Assembly: GCA_907165135.1 (NCBI GenBank)
Contig: OU015567.1
Location: 1,550,001 to 1,614,000, forward strand
Source: Oikopleura dioica
Lineage: Eukaryota; Animalia; Chordata
Length of the DNA: 64,000 nucleotides
Reading direction: 5' to 3'
A program made the translations under genes and the position numbers. Below the pieces are notes generated by a model. The model had not been told where the DNA came from. It made no database searches and saw only the letters and a program-made list of their open reading frames with translations. Numbering within the stretch: position 1 is the first letter of the stretch; each line of letters starts with the position of its first letter. This document shows, one piece after another, positions 36,010-47,589 of the stretch.

Positions 36010-37402
36010 TCGCCTTTAACTTTTTGTAGAAAGAATTTATGTTGATTTCTGTACCGGCTTCCTTAAATTCATTCGCAAATCTTCTAACTGTAAATTATTT
36101 ATTGCTATTCACAAATAAACAAAGCTAGGCAGAAATTTTTACATAGATGTCATCCGTTGAAACTTCATCGACATATTTTTGCGCCTCGCGTTGATTTCAG
36201 TTGAAATGTCAGGAATGTCCAAAATGCTCGCTCGCTCCGGCGGGAAGTCTTCAATACCCCTAAATAAATACTTTTTGGAAAAGGCGAATCTAAAATTGTT
36301 CATTTTAGAGCTCTCAACAAAGCGATTTCCTGAAAAATATATGCGCCGGACTAAGTAAAGGCAAAGTGAATACTGAAATTATTCAGTGGTCTGCTGACTA
36401 ATTTATCTATTACCGATGTCGAGTTAAAATTTGAAACAAGTCATGGATCGATTTCTTGCTTCCAAAAAATAACAAAGATAAGACAAAAGTGGAGATTTTG
36501 AGTCAAAAAACTCTTTTTTTTTTAAAGATTTTCAGAACATTTATGTAATGGACTAAAATTTATTTCTCACCGAACTCTCTCTCTAAAGTTTTTTAAGATT
36601 CATTTCAATTTTTCATTAATTTTTGAAGTTCAAATGCTTCAATTTTTAATCGCTGTGAAGGCAAAAGCTGTCATTTTATTTTTATAATTTTTTGCAAATA
36701 TGAAGTCGTTTTTATTTGATTATAAGGGCGCCACCGTGTGGTAATCAGCTGTTTTTGGGTAACAGGTGTTTAGTCAGCGTGTTGATTTTTATCAATTATC
36801 TACCTCTTTCTTTTTACCTTCTTGGTAGGATTCAAAGTTTTATGAAAATTTCGAGCCTCTTTTTTAAAAAACGACAAGAGGAAAATTTTCAATTTAGTAT
36901 ATCTAAGTCCTCCTTTATCGGCCAAGTTTTATGGAGACTTACATTAACGCCCTAACAATAATCGTCAGCAACCAACAAGCAATAATGAGCAGCCACCAGG
37001 CGGTAAAATAAAAGCAAAACCACAAGAACTGAAATTTTTAAACCCTCTCAAAATTTTGACTTTCCACCTCTGGCTCCGGCTCCTGTTTGCAGAGATCAAG
37101 GAAGACTTTTTGCGGGACGGCTAGTTTTTCCCAGTTGTATAGTCTCGGTGGCATCAATCAGCAAAATTCTCTCCAGCGAAAATCATAGAAGACAACGCTT
37201 TTTTGAATAGAAAAACGAAAAAGAAAAAGGAAAAATCAATGAAGAATAAGAAGCAGATTTATGAGCATGTTTTACCGACCGGGCAGGTGATGGCGCTAGT
37301 AATTCAACGACCAAGTTTGCAAGAGTTTGGAATAACAATGCGGTGAATATTTTAACAGACACTGATTTTCTCGAGATGATCAATTTTAAAGATACCGATT
37401 GT

Positions 37403-37923
37403 TAGGGTAAATCACTAATAATTCGCCTTTTTTCTGGGCTTAGTAAGGGGGACATATAATACATTTTTAGAAAGCCCAGGACCTGGGGATCATTTTGACT
37501 ATTGATACCAGGGGGTGATCTCGTACCCTGAGGGAATAAAGGTACCCCCGAAGTCAGAAAATCTGGCCACTTTCGGAAATTCGAATTTTCGGCCGCCCAG
37601 ACCGCCTTTTTAGAACCAGCGGCAATGCTAGAATTGTAGCTCAGGCTCTGACGGTCATTTTGTGGGGTCGAAAAATACTGATTACCCCCCCTTCCTGAGG
37701 CGCTAGAGACCCCCGAAGTTGGGGGTCTGGGCGGCCGAAAATTCGAATTTCCGAAAGTGGCCAAATTTTCTGACTTCGGAGGTACCTTTATGCCCTCAGG
37801 GTACGAGATCACCCCCTGGTATCAATAGTCAAAATGATCCCCAGGTCCTAGGCTTTCTAAAAATGTATTATATGTCCCCCTTACTAAGCCCAGAAAATGG
37901 CGATTTATTTGTGATTTACCCTA
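37403..37923. mobile_element. hAT-type MITE (521 bp), related to 14672-20504
   Basis: TIR TAGGGTAAATCAC...; 8-bp TSD CCGATTGT (37395-37402 and 37924-37931); shares GGGGATCATTTTGACTATTGATA and GGGGTGATCTCGTACCCTGAGGG blocks with the 14672 element. Confidence 0.93.
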
Positions 37924-38045
37924 CCGATTGTCAAGTATGTTTGTTGAAGAGAGGAGATTTTAATTGGCAATTTTAGCATAGATAAAATTATAGAGCCGAT
38001 TGGCGGAGGCCGTAGCTCCTGGATTACGCCTAGGGTAAATGGACA

Positions 38046-38223
38046 GTAGGGGGTTATCATTCGAGCTGCTCCTAACCCATAATTTAACCCAGGGCCCCCT
38101 TTAGGCCTTAATCAGGGGGCTTTCTCCCCGGACTCCTCCGCTAGGAGTTCCCAGTCCCTAACCCTAACCACTAGTCTAGATTCTAGACATATTGAATGGC
38201 TCAAAATGATGACCCCTCCCTAC
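38046..38223. mobile_element. Short MITE, same family as 35629-36009
   Basis: GTAGGGGGTTATCATTCGAGC ... GCTCAAAATGATGACCCCTCCCTAC inverted termini. Confidence 0.75.
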
Positions 38224-38694
38224 GGGCTGGTAGAAGCTCGAAGAAGAACCCTTTGCCATTTCCGAAAAAAATCTGATTACTGATATGACTATCGATAAAA
38301 GTCCGAAAAGAAGTGGACACTTTTGAGAGCGAAAATAAGTCTAGTCTCCTATTCGCAGCGATTTGTTCTGCGGTTTGTACCCAGTTCATAATAAATTTGT
38401 GAGACACTTTAAACTGCTCAACATACTCAATGATTGAAGCGATCCAGCTCATGTACAGAACAACGTGCTTGTACCGATCTTTTGCGGTCAGTTTAGATAT
38501 TCTCCTTTACGCACTCAGAAATTCATTGTGACCTCAAATCAACATGACAGTAAAAATAGATTAACCAGGTTTCTTTTTTCTTCGAAATATGCTTTAGTCA
38601 TCCGGAACGTAAATACTCTATTTAAACAAAAAGAGCGGCTTTCAAAGAGCCATTTTCCGTTCGAGTTGATCTATTTTCGAAAAGAAACTCAATA

Positions 38695-40980
38695 ATGGAA
38701 TCTGAATATATGATATCAGATCACCCAAAAGAGCTCGACAGGGCGACGATTCATAAATGGCTAGAGAAAATTTTACCTAAATTAAAGCGAACAACGACGA
38801 GAACATCTCAATGCAGACTCATCTCGAGCTTTGAAAGAATCAAGATTGACTGGAAAACTGCTGAACAAGATTGGAGATACTGCGAGGCGAGAAAATCTGA
38901 GGGGGGATGGACGAGTGGGATTGTTCTTGACGATGAAAAGGAATCGTTTGACATGCCATTTGAATTGAATGATTTGCAGAGGGAAATTTTAGCAGATGAT
39001 CCTTCTCTTTTTAACATAATAATTGATCGATGGAAAATCAAAGAAGAAAATGGAAAATGGATTCTGGATGATCTTCTTGAACAAAAAAAGCTTTCTGAAG
39101 GAGGAGAAGCGCTGATTTTTCAAGAAAAATTCGAGAATTTAGAGACTGCAGTTAGAGTTCAAGCCTTTGAACCTTTTCTCTTCACAGAATGCTTCAAAAA
39201 CGAATCGCTTACTTGGGAAATTCATCTCGCAGAAGACTTCGAAAAAGCAGAAGAAGGAGATGAGGGGGAAATTATCCCATTTCATGAAAACATTGTTCGA
39301 CATCATGTCAACGTGGAGTTTTACCATAAATCAGACTCTGATAAGACTGATTGTCTAGGTTGGCTTACAATTATGGAAAAATGTGATGCCGATCTTCGAA
39401 AATTTTTGCGGGAAGAAAGTTTGGATCTTGCAGAAAGAAAATCAATTGCTCATGGCATTCTCAGCGGGATCGAATATTTATCTGGAATTAACATAAGACA
39501 TTGGGATTTGAAGCCTGATAATATTTTACTTTTGAATGGAGTCCCGAAAATTTGCGGTTTCGGACTCGCGTCTGCAGGGAGATTAGGGACAGAAGGAACA
39601 ACAGGAGGAGAAAACTGCCTAGGTTTTGAAAAAATGGGGTACTCTCGTAGGGGAGAAAGATTTCATAATAATGCTCGTGTCTGTAAGTTTCGCCGTAGTT
39701 TCAGATTGCTTTAACTTCTTGTTAGTGGCTGGAACGCCGGGGTTTGCAATTCTTCAACAATTCTGCGTTTCGAGTGAGTATATTGTTGGGATGAACATTT
39801 TTTACTTTCTTTTCTGTGATTGGGTGTCATCATGGACACTTCTTTACAGGCCAATAACTTCTCAAACTGAGTTGGATATTGACGAAGAATTGAAGGTTTT
39901 AATTATTATTCAACGAATTGATTGAAATTTTTCTTTTAAGAAATGTAATGCCCTGTCTTTGAAGCAACTCATGACAACTACTGGCGACATTTCGAAAATT
40001 TTGAGAATATTACGGGAATAATTACCCTGGCCGACAATGAAAAATTCTATGATTTATACATGGACGAGGAAAATCAAAGCTACTATGACCTGTGGATTGA
40101 CGACGAAAATTTAACGACATCTTATCAGTTGTCCTCCATCAAGCAAAGAATGACCAGAAGTGTCAAATTTGAAATGGAAAACTTGGAAGAATACATTCTC
40201 GATCAAAAAATCAGCCAGTTGTGTGTTCCGATTTCGGTTACAACTCTCCTTCGATATGCAATGCGCAGTGACCTTGATTATTTTCCTGAGGGCAACAAAT
40301 ATACTTTTGAGATGATACTCACAACTCTGACAATGATTGTTTATCCAAGAAGCTTGGCTGGACTCAATTTGAATCCGAGAAAAAAGGAAGTCGATAGCCA
40401 ATTTTCTTCAGAAATTGGTCTTTTGCTTGATCGGCTTTGCCATAAAACTTATTTCATGAAGTCAGGTTGGGAAATCATAAAACAAATTGGTGATGACAAA
40501 GTTTTTCAAAAGCGTCCAATAGATTGCAAGTGGACTTTTGGTAATTAGCTAAATTTTCCGATGACATAATAAGAATAAGTTGAGCTGCATGAAAACTTCG
40601 AATTCAGCAGACCTTTGTCTGTAACAGCGGTCATCTTATTCGACACACAGCCGAAAATGCACCAAATGACCATTGATCGAGTTGAAAATGGCGAATACGT
40701 TCTTCAAAACACTGAATTCAAGTATTCAGTAGAAGAGGACGCATACGATACTCCAGTTGTGAGAATCGATATGAAAAAGCCTTACTATCATGGAGAAGGG
40801 AATTTTGTGGAAAATTTGATTTACCAAACTGGTCAGAATGTTCATGACCTCAATGGAATCAAGCGAAAGTATGTTAATGAAATGGCCGGAAACATGGACT
40901 TAAGAACTTGGTATCTACTTCCGACTGGTTTTACCATTCAACTCAGCGATCGAGATTTTATTATTGCAGATTTAGATTGA
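38695..40980 (+). CDS. Protein kinase-like domain plus papain-like cysteine peptidase-like domain; one apparent frameshift at ~40018
   Basis: Kinase motifs LSEGGEA, TAVRV, IRHWDLKPDNILL, ICGFGL, LAGTPGFA; downstream ILDQKISQLCVPIS and MHQMTIDRVENGEYVLQNT. The spliced frame stops at TAA 40019-40021 and continues in the -1 frame. Confidence 0.75.
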
Positions 40981-41115
40981 CCTTTCTGTGACTACGCTAT
41001 TAATCTGATTAGATTGATAAAAAAGACTTTTGTTCTGAAGATAAGAAGAGTATATTGCATCGAGTCCAGGTTAAAATAGGCAGATATGGTAGAATATTTT
41101 GCGAAAGAGTAGAAG

Positions 41116-43272
41116 TTACAGAAGGATCTGGTTCTGGAGGCCGAGCTTCATTCCATGAAGTTCTTTTCCAGGGAGAATGATCGCATTTCGAATGATGGTT
41201 TCGTCGGGCGTAATTGTATCTCGACCAAGAATTGTGATGGCTAGAAAAGTGGATAGAATTCGTTGTAAGAGGGAATACTACTTGGGAGAAGTTTTCCATT
41301 GTCATCGAAAAGATAGAAATTGTCAGTTGTGGCGTGAGGTCGATCGGGGTGAAGTTGCGTCGGGGTCCCTTCGACTCGGGTCCACGAGCCAACGGTGCTC
41401 TGCCATCCAACGATACTTAGAGAACGCTCGAGTGGATGCTATGTTTTCTAAAAATACCTGTTTAAAATGCAGGCGTGCTTTTTGATAATCGTTCCGTCCA
41501 AAATGATCGAGTTCTTTACTCGAGCACCCTCTTCAATCACGACGTTGGAGCCAATGGAGACATGAGGGCCGAGTTTTGCAGAGGGATGGACTTTTGCGCT
41601 AGGGTGGATGTAGACGTTTCCTTCGCAGTTGGAGTCGGTTGAGAGGCGGTTGGGGTGGTATTTTTTGTACATCTCCATCATTATTCTTAATAGAATATTT
41701 TTATCAATACTCAAAATCTTAGAGTCTACGTAGATGACATCCTGATTTACTCTACTTTCATATTTTCAAATAAAAAAATTCCTCAAAAACGGATGTCTTA
41801 ATTTTCTGAGGCCAGTTATGGTTTTAAGTGTTTCTCTCCGAATCCTACCTTGATGCATAAACAGCTGATCCAGCAGACTTGATCGACATCCAAAAGGCTT
41901 CATTCATGAAAGCAAAAACTTTTCCTTGCCCGGCTTGTTGGCTCAAAATATCCGACTCAAGCGAGATCGAGTCGTTTCCTTAAAAAATATGTTTTTGATT
42001 ACAACTTTCACGGGCGCCTACCAGTTCCAACTCGTTCGGCGAAAATCTTTGAGATGTCGTCAAAGACTTCGGTGGAGAGAAGATAGACTCCGCCGTTGAT
42101 GTGATTGGACACAAAGCTTGATGGTTTTTCGATGTAATGAACGACCTCGTTTGTCTGAGAGTTGACGCCCATGCATCCGTAGTTCATACTCTGCTCGTTT
42201 TCCACCTTGAAAGCAGTTTTAATTACAGGTGTTTTTGAAGTAACTGACCTGGACGCCCATAACAAGGTATTTCATCCACTTTTCTCTGAATGCGATCATG
42301 TTGGAAAGGACCCCGCGGAGGTCGCAGAAGATGTCGCAGAAGATCAAAAAGAAGGCTTCGGTGTTGGAGGTCAGGATCAGATCTCGGAAGAGGTAGATAC
42401 TTCCTGCTGTTCCGAGGAGCGAGTATTCCTTGAATTACAGTAAGGTTTTGTTTAAAAAAATATTTTCTATTGAAATAGATCTTGGTTCAAGAAACTGTGT
42501 ATAAACCTGATTCAGGCAATTTTAATAACTAAACAGGTTTTTCTCGATATATTCTAGATATCGAACTGCAAATTCAAAAGCAAAGGCAATAAAATAATAT
42601 ATTTTTCTAGCAACTCAAATTTATAATATTGATTGATAATATTGAATTATAAAATGAACGAAAACTAGTGCAAAATTTACCAATGTCGGAATAAGAAAAG
42701 ATTTATCACAGACTACTCAAGTCAAAAAAAGAACTTTAACAACCTGAGGTCAGGTAACCTGACTCAGATTTCAGTATCTACATATGGATTTGCGATTGAA
42801 TAGTACCTGAAGATATCTGATATTGAGTTTGTATTCATCCTTCATTTCTCGAATAAATCGATTGAGTTGCTCGGTCGGTTGAAAGTATCCGATGAGGATG
42901 ATCTCCTTGATAGTGTCAATCGAGGCACAGCTCTCAATATGATGCTGGACAAGCGGAAGGCCAGCAATGGGGAAGAGCGGCTTTGGAATATCCAGCGAAA
43001 GTGGTCGGAATCGAGTTCCCTGAAAAGAGCGATAACGAACTGATTAACCTTGGCATTTAAAATTGATAAATAAACTCGAAACACCATGTTTTTCTTAGAG
43101 CCAAAACTAAGTATAGCAATCAAGAAATAATTGATTATTTATTGAGTATTTGACTGAAAGACAAAAACAATTGCTGTTTACAAATAAAAGATGACAAAAA
43201 TTAAGATTTATCAATCAGAAACAAGCTTACCTTTCCAGGGCCTCCGACCAAAATGACAGCTTTGCTCACCAT
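41116..43272 (-). CDS. GMPPA: Mannose-1-phosphate guanylyltransferase regulatory subunit alpha
   Basis: [14 protein letters not shown]|[20 protein letters not shown]; [22 protein letters not shown]; NYGC...[19 protein letters not shown]; hexapeptide [24 protein letters not shown]; end [19 protein letters not shown]...ITILG...NQILL*. Confidence 0.95.
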
Positions 43273-43764
43273 CGTTTTTTCTCTTTGAAAATTTTGCCTG
43301 AAAAAAAGGAAACGGTCACGAGTCGGCTCCAAAATTAATTTGCGCCGGAGTCTTTTTTTACTGCTAAGCTCTTAAAATGTGCTGAGAGGATATTTGGTGC
43401 TCAGTTCAGAAAGTGCTCCAGGGTGGGGCATGTGCCGACTCCTCCATAAACTTTTTTTGATTTCTCGAGTTGAACATTTGCAAATGCGGTTTTGGGACGT
43501 TTAAAAATAAAGTTAAAACTAACCTTTGAGAATTATTAAATAAATTTTCAGTTCTCTCATTCATCATTGAAGAAAAAAAACCTATTACGGTTGTTTTTGA
43601 TATAAATTTGACAGGCGAAAGGAGTCGGGATCAACAGGATCACGAGTAGTATTTACGACCACAATAAAGATTTCTCTTTTGTTGCGCCAAAAATTGCCCC
43701 TCCGGTGCCGCATTTAGGCGTTGAAGATATTCAAGAGCTTGACAGATCTTTTTCAAGATTTTTT

Positions 43765-46360
43765 TTAGCATTTATTGAGGGATTTTTTTTTATACAGGGC
43801 GGCCAAGAAGTGTTTTTGCTTGCAAGATTTCATTCTCAACTTGAAGAAGCTCTTGTTTAAGATTAATGATTTCATTCTTTTCTTTCTTATTTCGCGCTGT
43901 TTTGACATCGTCGTTGAGGGAGTTGATTTCGTTGGACAAAATTGGCTCGAAGGAAAAGAGGTTCGCGATGATGTTTCCGTCGGGAAGGGTTTCGAGAAAT
44001 TTGTACTCCCCGAAATTTTCGATGATTTTTGATCCTCCGTCTGAATTTTCGTGTTCAAGAAGCTTTGGTTCGTCAGGGCAGGAGCGAGAAGTTTCCCACT
44101 TGCAATTTCGTCCGCGCTTATCACCGTACTCCGAGCATGAGCACGTGAGCTCAACGGAGATGGATGGGTCGGAGGAGCAGGTAGAAGTGAAGCAGCCGTA
44201 GTTTGGAGGATACTGGTTTTCTTCGCTTTCAGGACAGGTTGTTAGGTCGTAGGTGAGATGATCGGGGCGATTTTGACAGAACTAAAATATGATTGATTCT
44301 TGTCAAAACAAGAGCAGCTTACATCTTTGCCATGCCATTTTCCTCTTGAAGAAAGATCTGTCTCCTCATCAACAATTTCTGCTGCTGAAATGCTCAAGAA
44401 GTAAAAACTCGTAAATTTCATATTTTATTTTCTGTGGTCTCTTTCTTAATTTGATAACCGAGTCACTCACGATTTCATTTTAAAGTGAGCTTTTATAAAT
44501 AGATTGTGATATTTATGGCGTCAGCGCTAGAAATTGATCCTTATTTTGGGGTTTATTTTTACGCTAAAAGAGCAAAATCTGGGTTCCTCCGTAATAAATT
44601 GACATTCCAATGAAAAGTTTTTTCATGATTTTTTTGTAATTTATTTGTTAAATTTTTTGAATCATCTGTAAGTCAGCTTCGAACAGGTTCATTTTCTGGA
44701 AGAGCGCGCGCGGGGGAAGTTGTTATCATCTTTTAGAAAAATTATAAGTATACACAAAGGTCTTTAAGAATCCTAGAGCTAGAAGATGGTCAGTGAAGCA
44801 AGAAGTAAACATATGCTAAGGATTGTCTGGGAGCCGGAATTCCACGTTTCCTCCGTCGTCGTTTCTGGTTCCGCAGCTTTTGTTGCTTAGAAAATTTATT
44901 GAGTTGAGTAAATTTATAATAAGCTTACTTTCAGGTTCAGCAGTAGTTCCAAGAGAAACTGACTGGGTTGAGTCCGATACTGTCGTCGGCTCAGCTGTTG
45001 TTTCTGATTCGACAGTCGACGTTGATGTCGACGTTGATGTCGACGTTGATGTGGTGATTTGCTCTGCAGTTGTTGTTGTATTGTCATCATTTATCGGGAA
45101 ATCGCCGTTTGGTCCTTGATCCTCATAAATTGGGAAATCATCTTAAAACAATCAACTTCATTTTCCTAATATAAGTTACCGGGAAGCTCAAAAATCGTAG
45201 TAGTTGTTGATTTTGTTGTTGTGGTTTGTTCGGTTGTCGTTGTGTTTGGCGGTGTGGAGCTATCATCAGTTACAACCGGGAAGAGACCGTCCACGTCGAC
45301 AGTAATTGGTATCTCATCATCGTCGTAAATCGGAAATCCAGCTAAAGAAACACTGTTTAAAGAGTATAAAATAGATTTTTCTTCTGACTTGGAGGGGTGC
45401 CAAGATTCACTGTGGTTGTCTTCGTCGTTGTTGTTTTTGTGGTCGTTGTTGGGGCAGGAGTAGTTGTTGCAGGATCGGTTACGACTGGGAAGAGGCCGCT
45501 GTTGTCGGAATTGTCTTCTATGATTTCAATACTATCATCTTCGTAAATTGGGAAGTCTTGCGGCTGCGTTCCGCTAGGAGTTGCGACTGTAGTTGTTGTT
45601 GTTGCTGCTCTTGTTGTTGTTGCCGGCGCTGTGGTTGTTGTTGCGATTGGGAAATCGCCATCAGAAGTTTGGTCGCCATAAATCGGAAAATCTGAAATTT
45701 TGAAATTCGAAATTTAAAACGACGATTTCTTACCAGTCGGGACTTCAACAGAAGAGCTAGTAGGTGTGCCTGTTTGAACTGTTGCATTACGGACAAAAAC
45801 GCTGCCGGTACTTGCGCTGGCAACGACCGCATTCATTTCTTGTTCGACTTCTTGGACTGATGAAAGTTCAAATTGAGGCACGTCCGGGTTATTTTCGATG
45901 ATGTTCAATGTCGGGGTGATTTGAGTGTACACAGTTTGACTTGCTTGCCTAAAAATCATTCGATTCTTACTTTTAGCTTCATTGAAATCACCTTCTTCGA
46001 CGAGCGGAGAAACTAGAGCTGTCAGTGCTAAAGAGAACATCGATTGATATCAATGTTGCACTAACTCTCGCTGCTGCCGCCTCCAGTCCTGGTTGCGTCT
46101 CGTCAATAACTCGGTCTCGATTCGTTTGATATGTATTTGAAGTTTTGTCGAGCAAAAGAGGGTCGTAAGTGATTTTCGTTTCAGTGACTTTTTTGAGGTT
46201 TTGAAATGGCACTACTGCAGGTCTGCCAGTCAAAGAATTTTCAAAACCTTCCTATATCGAAACTCGTCGTTACATTTCGAATACCACTTGAAGAGCCATC
46301 GCCAGATTGTGCTCTAGAACTTCCGAAAAAGACCAAGATGCCAAAGAGCCAAGCTATCAT
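43765..46360 (-). CDS. Secreted mucin-like protein: signal peptide, SEA-like domain, Thr-rich FPIY(E/D)D repeats, Cys-rich/EGF-like segment; 3' end uncertain
   Basis: MIAWLFGILVFFGSSRA; KITYDPLLLDKTSNTYQ; repeated DFPIYED..D.GLFPVVTD + poly-Thr; CFTSTC...CSCSEYGDKRGRNC. Confidence 0.7.
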
Positions 46361-46874
46361 GACGATTGTTTGAGTATCTCTTCTTGTAAACTTGTTGTTT
46401 TCCGCTCTAGTTCTTACTCTGCTTCCAAACGTATCTCAGCATGAAAAGCTTACTTGGCTAATGCGAAATGATTTTCATGGCTGATGATTTTGCACCGCTG
46501 CCGAGGATAATTACGAGAGAGGAGGTTTACGACCCAGGAATTCATGCATGCCTCGCTTAGCGTTAAACACTAAGTAAAAGACGATTTGCCGACGCCGAAC
46601 CATCAAAACGACATCCGTTGCAAATTGCAATCAAAAAAGAGACAAAAGGCAAAAGAGCGTATAGCGCCGTGACAAGTTGCTCCGGCAGTTTGAACTCGCG
46701 GATTTTAGTGTCTTATTCATCAACAAACGCAATTCAAAACGCAGCGGTGACGTTTTACATTCTCTTTGATCATGCTCAAGTAATTTACTGTCTTTCGATA
46801 ATACGGCAAGATAATGCTGATAAAGTTTATTAAACTCTCGAAATTTAAAGAAAGGATATTTTAGTTCGTTATTT

Positions 46875-47415
46875 TTATTGATCAGGGGCAATGCAAGCGC
46901 TCCATCGTGGAGAAAAGCTCTCCAATCCAAAGGGCGGATTGATTGGGTAGCAAGTGCAGGTGCCGTTTGCCTCGTACTGGTCACAGAAGCAGGTCTCCAC
47001 ACAGTTGATCATATCGGCCGAGATTTTGTTGATGCAAATGACGTAGCCGATGGTGTCGAGCGCGCCGGAGTTGTAGAGCTCGTCACAGGTATAGTAGCCC
47101 TCCTTCCATGGTGGGATGCAAAGCTTGTCGCAGGCATCCTGGGGACAGTCCTCGGCGAAGCATCGCTCGAACTCGGTCTCCGCTCCGTCGTAGCATCTGA
47201 AATCGACGTCTATAAGAAAATTTTTAATAAAGGTACCTCCAGAAGTCATCAGTTCCATAGCCCCATTCCAAGGAGCAGCGGATGTAATGGTCGAAAAGCT
47301 TTCGCTGGCACTCTAGAAAGCATTTCGTACCATCTCCCGGTGCCGTTCCAAACTCTTGAAAATACGGCGTGAGAACCGCATAGCAAGAAGCAAAAAGAGC
47401 AGCTGAAAGTTTCAT
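46875..47415 (-). CDS. Small secreted cysteine-rich protein
   Basis: MKLSAALFASCYA signal, one GT-AG intron, more than 14 Cys (CFLECQR...CFAEDCPQDACDKLC...CVETCFCDQ...CTCY...CIAPDQ*). Confidence 0.75.
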
Positions 47416-47589
47416 CTTGTTCTTTTTTCGAAATAAGTTCGGGGAGGAGAAGTGCGCTTATATTAAGATCAGGTGGGGTCGTTCCCAGACAGACAAGGAG
47501 AAGAGGACAAAGTTTCATAGTGAAGCAAATGGTACGATGCATGATTTGACATTTGATTGATCTTAGATTTTATTGAAAGCGATGTTAAC

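Noticed and set aside
37402-37976. Similar ORFs on opposite strands (37402-37812 and 37719-37976)
   Set aside because: Artefact of the palindromic hAT MITE.
46878-47372. 164-aa plus-strand ORF
   Set aside because: Antisense shadow of the Cys-rich secreted gene, which has the signal peptide and splice sites.
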